The notes: a model not told the origin generated them from the sequence alone. A stretch of DNA of 32,000 nucleotides from Delftia acidovorans NBRC 14950 (GCF_001598795.1 NZ_BCZP01000002.1:90001-122000); one strand, 5' to 3'; shown: positions 17,199 through 25,008, counted from the first letter of the stretch. Numbers and translations: made by a program.

Positions 17199-18746
17199 TC
17201 AGGGCCGCAGGCCGAACTGCGGCGCTCCGGCCTCGCGCAGCGGCGCGGCCAGTTCCACGAATTCGCTGAGCAGGGCGCGCGTGTCGCGCGGATCGATCAC
17301 CTCGTCGATGCCGAAGGCCTCGGCCGTGCGGAAGGGCGAGGTCAGGCTGCGCACGCGCTGCTCGATCTCGGCGCGCTTTTGCACGGGGTCGTCGGCGCCT
17401 TCGATCTCGGCCTTGTAGGCCACCTCCAGCCCGCCCTCGATGGGCAGCGAGCCCCAGTTGGCCGAGGGCCAGGCATAGCGGAAGTTGAAGCGGCCCATGT
17501 GCTGGTGGCCGGCCGCCGCCACGCCGTAGGCGCGGCGGATGAGGATGCTGCACCAGGGCACGGTGGCCTGGTAGACGGCGGCCAGGGCGCGCACGCCGTA
17601 GCGCATGACGCCGGCCTTCTCGGCCTCCACGCCGATCTGGAAGCCCGCGATGTCCACCAGGTTGACCACGGGCAGGTGGAAGGTCTGGGCCATGTCCACG
17701 AAGCGCGTGAACTTCTCGGCCGAGGGGCCGTCCCAGCCGCCGCCGTAGAAGTACGGGTCGCTGGCCACCACGGCCACGGGCCAGCCGTCGATGCGCGCCA
17801 GCCCGGTGACGATGGCCCGGCCCCAGTGGCGGCCCGTCTCCAGGAAGGAGCCCTCATCGACCAGGCATTCGACAATGGGCCGGATCTTGTAGACCTTGCG
17901 GCCATCACGCGGAATGGCCGACAGCAGCCATTCGTCGCGCCGCCGCGGGTCGTCCTGCGGCGCGGTGCGCGCAGGCAGCTCGTACACCGACGAGGGCAGG
18001 TAGGACAGGAAGCGGCGCACGCGCTCGAAGGCCTCCTGCTCGGTGGCCACCTCGTCATCGACCACGCCGTTGCGCGTGTGCACCTGGCTGCCGCCCAGCT
18101 CGTTCTTGGTCACGTTCTGGCCGATGCGCGCCACCACCGGCGGGCCGGCATTGAACAGCTGGGCGGTCTCCTTGACCATCACCGAGTAATGGCTGGAGGC
18201 CACGCGCGCCGCGCCCATGCCGGCCACCGAGCCCAGGGCCAGCGAGACCACGGGCACGGTGGACAGGTTCTGCACCACCTGGCTCCAGACCTTCATGGTG
18301 GGCACGCTGGTGTAGCCCTTGGTCTCGATGTTGCGCACCGAGCCGCCGCCGCCCGTGCCGTCCACCAGGCGCACCATGGGCAGGCGCAGGTCGTGCGCCA
18401 TCTTCTCGGCAAAGATCAGCTTGTCGCCCACGGCGCCGTCGTTGGCGCCGCCGCGCACCGTGAAATCGTCGCCCACCACGACCACGGGCCGCCCGCCCAC
18501 GCGCGCCCGCCCCATGATGAGGTTGGAGGGCGTGAAGTCCGTCAGCCTGCCCAGGCCGTCGTACTGGCCCGAGCCGGTGAGCGAGCCCACCTCCACGAAG
18601 GACTGCGCGTCCGTGCAGGCATCGATGCGCTCGCGCACCGTGAGCTTGCCGGCGGCCTTGTGCCGCGCCACCTTGTCCTCTCCGCCCAGTTTGGCCGCCA
18701 GTGCGCGGCGGTATGCGATCTCGTCCACTTCGGGTTGCCAGCTCAT
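17199..18746 (-). CDS. Acyl-CoA carboxylase carboxyltransferase subunit (PccB/AccD5-like), 515 aa
   Basis: The protein starts MSWQPEVDEIAYRRALAAKLGGEDKVARHKAAGKLTVRERID. It has two crotonase-like carboxyltransferase halves (GGGANDGAVG..., GGGWDGPSAEKFTRFVDMA). I chose the internal ATG at 18746 because an AAGGAGA Shine-Dalgarno (18756-18762) precedes it and the sigma-54 promoter lies inside the longer ORF. Confidence 0.92.
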   Translation of the reverse strand: MSWQPEVDEIAYRRALAAKLGGEDKVARHKAAGKLTVRERIDACTDAQSFVEVGSLTGSGQYDGLGRLTDFTPSNLIMGRARVGGRPVVVVGDDFTVRGGANDGAVGDKLIFAEKMAHDLRLPMVRLVDGTGGGGSVRNIETKGYTSVPTMKVWSQVVQNLSTVPVVSLALGSVAGMGAARVASSHYSVMVKETAQLFNAGPPVVARIGQNVTKNELGGSQVHTRNGVVDDEVATEQEAFERVRRFLSYLPSSVYELPARTAPQDDPRRRDEWLLSAIPRDGRKVYKIRPIVECLVDEGSFLETGRHWGRAIVTGLARIDGWPVAVVASDPYFYGGGWDGPSAEKFTRFVDMAQTFHLPVVNLVDIAGFQIGVEAEKAGVMRYGVRALAAVYQATVPWCSILIRRAYGVAAAGHQHMGRFNFRYAWPSANWGSLPIEGGLEVAYKAEIEGADDPVQKRAEIEQRVRSLTSPFRTAEAFGIDEVIDPRDTRALLSEFVELAAPLREAGAPQFGLRP

Positions 18747-18774
18747 GTCGTCGTGTCTCCTTGTGCCTGTGGAG

Positions 18775-18791
18775 ATGCACAAGGCGTGCCA
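18775..18791 (-). promoter_or_regulatory. Sigma-54 (-24/-12) promoter of the carboxylase operon
   Basis: The minus strand reads CTGGCACGCCTTGTGCAT against the consensus YTGGCACG-N4-TTGCW. There is one mismatch (G for the first T of TTGC) and the GG-to-GC spacing is correct. The predicted start near 18765 leaves a roughly 19-nt leader containing the Shine-Dalgarno. It faces a divergent sigma-54 activator gene. Confidence 0.65.
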
Positions 18792-18841
18792 GAACGCAGC
18801 GCGTTGAATTCAAAGGATTTTTTCCACGGTCGACCTTCACG

Positions 18842-18858
18842 TGTCCACATCAAGGACA
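18842..18858. promoter_or_regulatory. Candidate enhancer (UAS) dyad 1: TGTCC-N7-GGACA
   Basis: TGTCCACATCAAGGACA has 5-bp perfect arms. It is centred about 85 bp upstream of the predicted sigma-54 start. It shares the TGTCY-N7-RGACA pattern with the site at 18883-18899. Confidence 0.4.
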
Positions 18859-18882
18859 ACCTCGAAGACACGGGTTGGGCAC

Positions 18883-18899
18883 TGTCTTTAATGGAGACA
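18883..18899. promoter_or_regulatory. Candidate enhancer (UAS) dyad 2: TGTCT-N7-AGACA
   Basis: TGTCTTTAATGGAGACA has 5-bp perfect arms. Its centre is 41 bp (about four helical turns) from dyad 1 and about 126 bp upstream of the predicted start. Confidence 0.4.
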
Positions 18900-18962
18900 C
18901 CACGGGGACAGACCCGTGGCCTGCGCGCCGCTAGAGTGCGTTCACCCCAGCCACTGCCCACC

Positions 18963-20651
18963 ATGCCCATGCCCAGCTCCCCCGACCACCGATTCGGCGT
19001 TCTCGTGTGGCGACGCGACTCGCCCGAGCCCGTGGCGCGGCTGGGCCTGGCGCAGGAGCCGCTGCTGCATGCAGCCGTCACCGAGGCCCTGGCCCGCGCG
19101 CACGGCGACGGGCACAACCCCATCGGCCATGGCCAGTTGCTGCACGTGGAAACACCGGGCCCGCGCGGCACGGTGGCCCGCCATGTGGCCGTGGTGCTGG
19201 CCGATGCCGAGGGCGAGGTCGCCCTGCTGCGCCCGGCCGACGAGGCGGCGGCGCTGTTCGACATGGTGGCCAGCGTGCCCTTCGCCTTCGCCATCCTCAA
19301 CATGTTCCTGACCAACCCGTACCAGGCGATCACGGTGGCCGACCATGAAGGGCTGATGCGCTACATCAGCCCCGTGCACGAGAAGTTCTTCGGCCTGGCG
19401 CCCGGCACGGCCGCAGGCCGGCGCGCGGAGGACGTGATCCCCAACTCGCGCCTGCCCCACGTGGTGCGCAGCGGCCGGGCCGAGATCGGCGACCTGCAGC
19501 AGCTGGGGCCGGGCGTGAGCCGCATCGTCAACCGCATGCCGGTTTACGAGGGCGGCGCCGTGGTGGGCGCCGTGGGCCAGGTCAGCTTCAGCGGCGTGGA
19601 GGCACTCAACCGCATGCAGCAGCGCCTGAACCAGCTGCATGACGAGGTGCAGCACTACAAGCGCGAACTGAGCCAGCTGCGCGGCGGCACGCCCACGGCG
19701 CAGATGGTGGGCGCCAGTGCCCCCATGCAAAGGCTGGCCCGCGAGATCGACGCCGTGGCGCGGCTGGACGTGCCCGTGCTCATCCTGGGCGAGAGCGGCA
19801 GCGGCAAGGAACTGGTGGCCCAGGCCCTGCATGCGCGCGGGCGCGATGCCGACGCGCCCCTGGTCAGCCTCAACCTCGCGGCCCTGCCGGCCACGCTGAT
19901 CGAGTCCGAGCTGTTCGGCTACGAGGCCGGCGCCTTCACGGGCGGACGCAGGCAGGGACAGCCCGGCAAGCTGGAGCAGGCCGAGGGCGGCACGCTCTTC
20001 CTCGACGAAGTGGCCGACATTCCCATGGAAATCCAGGTCAAGCTGCTGCGCGTGCTGGAGGACCGCCAGGTGCAGCGCCTGGGCGCGCACAGCGGCCGGC
20101 AGGTGAACTTCCGCATCGTGGCCGCCACGCACCGCGACCTGCGCGGCCTCATCGACAGCGGCCGCTTCCGGCTGGACCTGTTCTACCGCCTCAGCGGCGT
20201 GGTGCTGCATGTGCCCGCCCTGCGCCAGCGCCTGGAGGACATCCCGGCCCTGGTGCAGCGCTTTGCCCAGTCGTTCTGCGAGCGCAACGGCATTGCGCTG
20301 CCGCGCATCGCGCCTGGCGTCATGCCCTACCTGGCCCGCCAGGCCTGGCCCGGCAATGTGCGCCAGCTGCGCCAGCGCGTGGAAGAGGCCCTGGTGTTCT
20401 GCGACGGCCACCTGCTGGGCGTGGACAACTTCGCGCGCCATGAGGACCCGCTGGCCGGCGCACGACCTTTGCCCGTTGCCGAGGCCGACATGCCCTCCAC
20501 CGGCGCCGTGGCCCCGCTCAAGGACCAGGAGCGCAACGCCATCCTCGACGCCATCGCACGCTGCGGCGGCAACAAGAAGCTGGCCGCGCAGGAGCTGGGC
20601 ATCTCGCGCTCCTACCTCTACAAGGTGCTGGGCGCGGCATCGCCCGGCTGA
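18963..20651 (+). CDS. Sigma-54-dependent transcriptional activator (unknown N-domain + PAS + AAA+ + Fis-type HTH), 562 aa
   Basis: It starts at MPMPSSPDHRF (ATG at 18963) inside the 16905-20651 ORF. A PAS-like segment (FLTNPYQAITVADHEGLMRYISPVHEKFFG) is followed by Walker A GESGSGKE. The sigma-54 contact loop is ESELFGYEAGAFTGG (variant of GAFTGA). The C-terminal HTH is NKKLAAQELGISRSYLYKVL. Confidence 0.92.
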   Translation: MPMPSSPDHRFGVLVWRRDSPEPVARLGLAQEPLLHAAVTEALARAHGDGHNPIGHGQLLHVETPGPRGTVARHVAVVLADAEGEVALLRPADEAAALFDMVASVPFAFAILNMFLTNPYQAITVADHEGLMRYISPVHEKFFGLAPGTAAGRRAEDVIPNSRLPHVVRSGRAEIGDLQQLGPGVSRIVNRMPVYEGGAVVGAVGQVSFSGVEALNRMQQRLNQLHDEVQHYKRELSQLRGGTPTAQMVGASAPMQRLAREIDAVARLDVPVLILGESGSGKELVAQALHARGRDADAPLVSLNLAALPATLIESELFGYEAGAFTGGRRQGQPGKLEQAEGGTLFLDEVADIPMEIQVKLLRVLEDRQVQRLGAHSGRQVNFRIVAATHRDLRGLIDSGRFRLDLFYRLSGVVLHVPALRQRLEDIPALVQRFAQSFCERNGIALPRIAPGVMPYLARQAWPGNVRQLRQRVEEALVFCDGHLLGVDNFARHEDPLAGARPLPVAEADMPSTGAVAPLKDQERNAILDAIARCGGNKKLAAQELGISRSYLYKVLGAASPG

Positions 20652-20765
20652 GCCTGTCGGGCCGAGGGCAGGGAATTCGAGACAGCGGCTGGCCGCGCCG
20701 TTGCCATACTAGGCACCCCGTACCCCCTGCCGTCCCTGCCGCACCTGCCGCACCCGGCGCCCCGA

Positions 20766-21767
20766 ATGCAAGACACCCGAGACGCGCTCGAACAGCGCCA
20801 GATCCCCATCTACTTCGCCGCCGTGGCCCTGGCCGCAGTTGCCGCCTGGGCGCTGCCCGGCACGGGCGTGCTGGAGCGTGCCATCAACCCCGCACTGGCG
20901 CTGATGCTCTATGTGACCTTCTTGCAGGTGCCCGTGGCCGAGCTGCGGCGTGCCTTTGGCCAGGTGCGCTTCCTGGCCGCGCTGATGGTGGCCAACTTCA
21001 TCATGGTGCCGGTGCTGGTCTGGGCCCTGCTGCAGTTCCTGCCCGCCGACCCCCTGCTGCGCCTGGGCGCGCTGCTGGTGCTGCTGGCGCCCTGCATCGA
21101 CTACGTGGTCACCTTCTCCCACCTGGGACGCGCCGATGCGCGCCTGCTGCTGGCAGCCACGCCGGCCCTGCTGATCGCGCAGATGCTGGCCCTGCCCGGC
21201 TACCTGGGCCTGTTCCTGGGCGACGACGCGGCGCGGCTGGTCCAGGCGGGGCCTTTCCTGCATGCGTTCGTGTGGCTGATCGCCGTGCCGCTGGCCCTGG
21301 CCGCTGCCACCCAGTTGTGGGCGGCCCGCAGCCGGCGCGGCGCCAGCGCCTCGGCATGGCTGGGCCTGCTGCCCGTGCCGGCCACCGCGCTGGTGCTGTT
21401 CGTGGTGATCGCCTCCGTGCTGCCCCAACTGGGCCCTGCCACGCACGCGGCCTGGAGCGTGGTGCCCGTCTACGCGGCCTTTGCGGTGGCGGCGCCCGCG
21501 CTGGGCTGGCTGGTGGCGCGCGCCTTCCGGCTTCCAGCGCCCGCAGGCCGAGCGGTCGCGTTCAGCGCGGGCACGCGCAATTCGCTGGTCGTGCTGCCGC
21601 TGGCCCTGGCCGTGCCTGGCGCCATTCCCGTGCTGCCGGCCGTCATCGTCACGCAGACGCTGGTGGAGCTGCTGGCCGAGCTGGCCTATGTGCGCGTGAT
21701 TGCGCTGTGGGGCCGGGACCGGGAGCCGGCCCTGGCCCGCGGTCAACGCGATGACGCCGCGCCATAG
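20766..21767 (+). CDS. ACR3/bile-acid:Na+ symporter (BASS)-superfamily permease, 'arsenic resistance protein'-like, 333 aa
   Basis: It is a polytopic membrane protein of about 10 TM segments. The motifs (YVTFLQVPVAELRRAF, LLAPCIDYVV, FSAGTRNSLVVLPLALA) resemble the ACR3/SBF fold. No arsR or arsC gene is nearby. Confidence 0.7.
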   Translation: MQDTRDALEQRQIPIYFAAVALAAVAAWALPGTGVLERAINPALALMLYVTFLQVPVAELRRAFGQVRFLAALMVANFIMVPVLVWALLQFLPADPLLRLGALLVLLAPCIDYVVTFSHLGRADARLLLAATPALLIAQMLALPGYLGLFLGDDAARLVQAGPFLHAFVWLIAVPLALAAATQLWAARSRRGASASAWLGLLPVPATALVLFVVIASVLPQLGPATHAAWSVVPVYAAFAVAAPALGWLVARAFRLPAPAGRAVAFSAGTRNSLVVLPLALAVPGAIPVLPAVIVTQTLVELLAELAYVRVIALWGRDREPALARGQRDDAAP

Positions 21768-22687
21768 GCCTGGCGCAGCTGCGCCATGTTGTCCAGCAGC
21801 GCCGTCGGCCCGGCGCTGCCCATCAGGTACCAGCCCTTGGGATCGAGGAAGACGACCTGCCCCTTGCGGCCGGCCGCCGTGGCGTGGATCTGCGCGTTGT
21901 CGAACACCTTGCGCGAAGCCATGATCTCGCCGCCGCCTGCCGCTTGGCCCGTGGCCGTGTTGCGGTCGATGACGTAGATCCACTCGGGGTCCAGCCGCGC
22001 CACATCATCGAAGCCGTAGGCGGTGTCGCGGGCTGGCAGTTGCGCAGCCGATAGCGCCGAGCGCGCGCCGAACACATCGAACAGAAAGCCGAAACGCGAT
22101 CCCGGCGCCTGCGGCAGGAGCTTGTCGTTCACGGCCATCAGCAGCAGGCCCGGCGCGGCCTGCGAGGCCTGGGCACGCAGGCCCTGCAGCTCGGCGTGGA
22201 TGCGCTGCACCAGCGCACGGCCCTGCGCCTGGCGGCCGAACAGCAGCGCCAGCGTGGCGATGTTGCGTTCGATATCGGCCAGCATGTGCTTGCCGCTGAC
22301 GCTCAGGTCCAGCGTGGGCGCGATGCGTCCCAGCACCTCGGCCTTGCCGGCCGAGCGCCCGCCCACGATGATCAGGTCGGGTGCCAGGCGGCTCAGCGCC
22401 TCGTAGTCGGGCTCGAACAGCCCGCCCGCCGCAGGCCGCTGCGCGAAGCTTTCCAGATACTGGGGCAGCTGCGCCCGGGGCACGCCTGCGACTGCCGACG
22501 CGGGCACGCCCAGCGCATGCAGTGCATCCAGCGCCCCCAGGTCATAAACCACCGCGCGCCGGGGTGCGCCGGGCAGGCTGGTCATTCCCCCGGCATGCCG
22601 CACGGACAGCGGGGCCGCCACCGCAGTCCCCAGGAACAAGGCCGGCAAGGCCAGCGCCGCCGCGCGGCGCGTGATATCGAAGGTCAT
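21743..22687 (-). CDS. Periplasmic siderophore/iron-complex ABC-type substrate-binding protein (class III PBP), 314 aa
   Basis: A signal peptide (TRRAAALALPALFLGTAVAA) is followed by VVYDLGALDALHALGV...EPDYEALSRLAPDLIIVGGRSA and EWIYVIDRN, which are typical of FatB/CeuE/FetB-like binding proteins. No permease or ATPase gene is in the window. Confidence 0.85.
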   Translation of the reverse strand: MTFDITRRAAALALPALFLGTAVAAPLSVRHAGGMTSLPGAPRRAVVYDLGALDALHALGVPASAVAGVPRAQLPQYLESFAQRPAAGGLFEPDYEALSRLAPDLIIVGGRSAGKAEVLGRIAPTLDLSVSGKHMLADIERNIATLALLFGRQAQGRALVQRIHAELQGLRAQASQAAPGLLLMAVNDKLLPQAPGSRFGFLFDVFGARSALSAAQLPARDTAYGFDDVARLDPEWIYVIDRNTATGQAAGGGEIMASRKVFDNAQIHATAAGRKGQVVFLDPKGWYLMGSAGPTALLDNMAQLRQAYGAASSR

Positions 22688-22700
22688 GGCAAAGAATCCC

Positions 22701-22762
22701 AGGAAAAAATGAAAGGAGTTCCGGCGTCCGGAGGCGGGTGCCGCGCCGGGAAGCGGCGCGGC
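22701..22762 (-). terminator. Possible attenuator/terminator between the receptor and binding-protein genes
   Basis: On the minus strand a perfect 9-bp GC stem (22740-22748 pairs with 22754-22762, 5-nt loop) is followed by a second 5-bp stem (22720-22732). A CUCCUUUCAUUUUUUCC tract then follows. The first stem is not directly abutted by the U-tract, so function is uncertain. Confidence 0.3.
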
Positions 22763-22808
22763 CTGATCCGCAGGCCACGGGCAGCGGCCGCCCTTGCGGC
22801 CGGGATGC

Positions 22809-24887
22809 CTAGAACTTCACGTTCATGCCGATCCAGTAGCGCCGGCCGTCCTGCACCGTGGCGTAGTCCTCGTAGTACACGTCCTTGTCGAACAGGTTGT
22901 AGATGCCTGCGTAGAAGGTCACGTCCTTGCTGTAGTTGTAGGAGCCGCCCATGTCGAACATGGCATAGCTGCCAGCCACCCAGGTGCGCGCCGAACGGCC
23001 GCCCGTGGGCTGGCTTTCCTTGCCCCGGTAGGACAGCTTGGCCCAGCCCGCCCATTGCTGCGAAGGCTTCCAGTTCAGCGCCAGGTTGAGCATGTGGCGC
23101 GGCAGCTGGCTCAGCGGCTGTCCCGCGAACTCGCCGCTTTTTTGCTCGGACTTGGTGAAGGTGTAGCTGCTGCTCAGGTCCAGCGTGCGCGCCAGCGGGG
23201 CCTTGAACGTGGCTTCGATGCCGCGCGTGATGGCCTTGTCGATATTGACGTTGGTGGTGGGCGTGTTGCCCGAGGAATTGGCCGGCCCGCACTCGGGACA
23301 GGCGATGCGCGTGATCTTGTCGTTGAACTCGTTGTCGAACACCGTCAGGCCTGCCGACAGGCCGGCGCCGTTGTTGTAGAGCACGCCCAGTTCCTTGCTC
23401 AGCGAGGTTTCGGGCTTCAGGTCGGGGTTGCCGTAGATGTTGCCGCCGCGGCTGGACTGGCCCCAGTCGCCCAGGGTCTGGCGCAACGAGGGCGCGCGAA
23501 AGCCGGTGGACACGCCACCCTTGACGGTCCATTGCGCGTCGAGGTTCCACACGCCATACAGGCGCGGGCTCCATTGCGATCCGCCCTTGCTGTCGTGGTC
23601 GTAGCGCAGGCCGCCGGTCAGGGCGAAGTTCTCGCGCAGGCGCCACTCGTCCTCGGCGAACCAGGCGTACTGCGTGCGATCGGCCGTGGTGCGCGCCGAG
23701 CCCGGCAGCGTATTGGTCGTCGTGTCGCGCAGGTCCTGCTGGTTGTAGTACACGCCCGTGGTCAGCAGGTGCTGGCGGCCCAGCGGCGCCACCCAGCTGC
23801 TGTTGAACACCGTGTTCCTGATGGTCATGTCGCGCGACAGGTTGCGCGTTTCCTCGCGCTGCAGATAGGTGTCGGAGGAAGCCCAGCCCCAGCGGCCCTT
23901 GTGCTGCAGCGAGTAGTTCTCGCGCTCGAACTTGCGGTCGCTGGGCGCATCGGTGGGCAGCAGGGTCATGCCAGGCGACGAAACGAAGTGCTGGCGCGAA
24001 GTGCCGATCTCGGCGATCAGGTCGTGGTCCTTGCTGGGGGTCAGCGCCAGGCGCAGGTTCAGCGAACGGTTGTCGCTCTTGTTGTAGCCCTGGTAGATGC
24101 GGTCCTGGTCGCGCTTGCCGTAGTTGCCGTACAGGCTCAGGCCCAGCAGGTCGGTCTTGATCGGGCCTGACAGGTAGAAGTTGGTCTGGTAGGCATCGCC
24201 CGAGGTGGAGCGCTCCTGCAGCGTGGCGTCGGCACGCACCGAGCCATGCCAGTTCTTCGCCACCTTGCGCGTGATGACGTTGATCACGCCGCCCATGGCG
24301 TCCGAGCCGTACAGCGAGGACATGGGGCCGCGCACCACCTCGATGCGCTCGATGGCCTCCAGCGGCGGAATCCAGCTCTGGTCCGTGCCCGTGCTGCCGT
24401 TGGTCTGGGTCTCGCGCGTGCTCATGCGCTTGCCGTCCACCAGGATCAGGGTGTAGTTGGCGCCCATGCCGCGCAACGAGATGTCGTTGGAGTTGTTGTC
24501 CGAGGGCGTGAGGATCACGCCGGGCACATCGCGCAGGGCATCGTGCAGGTTGCGGTAGGCGCCCCGCTCCAGTTCCTGGCGCGTGATCACCGAGATCGAT
24601 GACGGCGCCTGGCTGATCTCCTGCTCGAAGCCGCTGGCCGTCACGACCAGGGTTTCCAGTGTCGCCCCGCCTGCTGCCTGGGCCAGCGCGCTGCCCGAGG
24701 CCAGCAGGCCCAGGCAGGCGCCCAGCGCGGTGCGGCGCAGGGGAACGACGGTGGAGGGAAACGAAGCACGCAGGGAGGTGCAAAGGGCGGACAGGGCAAA
24801 GCCACGGCCCGCCGCGGGGGCTGTGCAGTTGTGCATGGGAAAGCTCGCAAGAAGAATCACGGACGGTCGAACGACCGGGGTGCGCAT
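22809..24887 (-). CDS. TonB-dependent outer-membrane receptor, CirA/FepA-like (catecholate-type) siderophore receptor, 692 aa
   Basis: A TonB box (ETLVVTAS) and plug region (APSSISVITRQELE...YTLILVDGKRM...IERIEVVRGPMSSLYGSDAMGGVINVITRK) are close to my recollection of the E. coli CirA plug. A C-terminal beta-barrel ends in the aromatic residue F. The start could instead be the ATG at 24836. Confidence 0.92.
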   Translation of the reverse strand: MRTPVVRPSVILLASFPMHNCTAPAAGRGFALSALCTSLRASFPSTVVPLRRTALGACLGLLASGSALAQAAGGATLETLVVTASGFEQEISQAPSSISVITRQELERGAYRNLHDALRDVPGVILTPSDNNSNDISLRGMGANYTLILVDGKRMSTRETQTNGSTGTDQSWIPPLEAIERIEVVRGPMSSLYGSDAMGGVINVITRKVAKNWHGSVRADATLQERSTSGDAYQTNFYLSGPIKTDLLGLSLYGNYGKRDQDRIYQGYNKSDNRSLNLRLALTPSKDHDLIAEIGTSRQHFVSSPGMTLLPTDAPSDRKFERENYSLQHKGRWGWASSDTYLQREETRNLSRDMTIRNTVFNSSWVAPLGRQHLLTTGVYYNQQDLRDTTTNTLPGSARTTADRTQYAWFAEDEWRLRENFALTGGLRYDHDSKGGSQWSPRLYGVWNLDAQWTVKGGVSTGFRAPSLRQTLGDWGQSSRGGNIYGNPDLKPETSLSKELGVLYNNGAGLSAGLTVFDNEFNDKITRIACPECGPANSSGNTPTTNVNIDKAITRGIEATFKAPLARTLDLSSSYTFTKSEQKSGEFAGQPLSQLPRHMLNLALNWKPSQQWAGWAKLSYRGKESQPTGGRSARTWVAGSYAMFDMGGSYNYSKDVTFYAGIYNLFDKDVYYEDYATVQDGRRYWIGMNVKF

Positions 24888-24909
24888 CCGCTCTGTTGTT
24901 TTTGATGAG

Positions 24910-24924
24910 TGCGAATCGTTCTTA
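24910..24924. promoter_or_regulatory. Weak Fur-box-like element in the AT-rich receptor upstream region
   Basis: TGCGAATCGTTCTTA matches 9 of 14 positions of TGATAAT-N-ATTATCA. It lies in the only AT-rich patch of the region, 23-37 nt upstream of the 24887 ATG. It also falls in the spacer of a plus-strand TTGATG-N17-TTTTAT promoter-like pair (24902-24930). Confidence 0.25.
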
Positions 24925-24956
24925 TTTTATTTTCCCCTCGACAACGGCCTGGCCGA

Positions 24957-24982
24957 CGGCAGCGCAGCTGCTGTTTTTCTTT
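24957..24982 (+). terminator. Intrinsic-terminator-like hairpin on the plus strand (no annotated plus-strand gene upstream)
   Basis: The stem CGGCAGC-gca-GCUGCUG has 7 bp including one G-U pair. It is followed immediately by UUUUUCUUU (24974-24982). Confidence 0.35.
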
Positions 24983-25008
24983 ACAAGCGGGCCGATCTGT
25001 GAGCAATT

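Noticed and set aside
18804-18826. An IHF site between the enhancer dyads and the -24/-12 promoter.
   Set aside because: The tract is AT-rich and well placed, but the match to WATCAANNNNTTR is only partial (TTCAAAGGATTT). I mention it as context and do not call it a feature.
16905-18962. The N-terminal 686 codons of the 1248-aa ORF containing the sigma-54 activator.
   Set aside because: This part is antisense to the Bug and carboxyltransferase genes and crosses the sigma-54 promoter region. The recognisable activator begins at the ATG at 18963.
20652-20765. An ArsR-type operator or terminator between the activator gene and the ACR3-like gene.
   Set aside because: The only symmetry is CTGTC...GACAG with a 22-nt spacer, plus short CTGCCGCAC direct repeats. 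Nothing resembles a known operator or a stable terminator.
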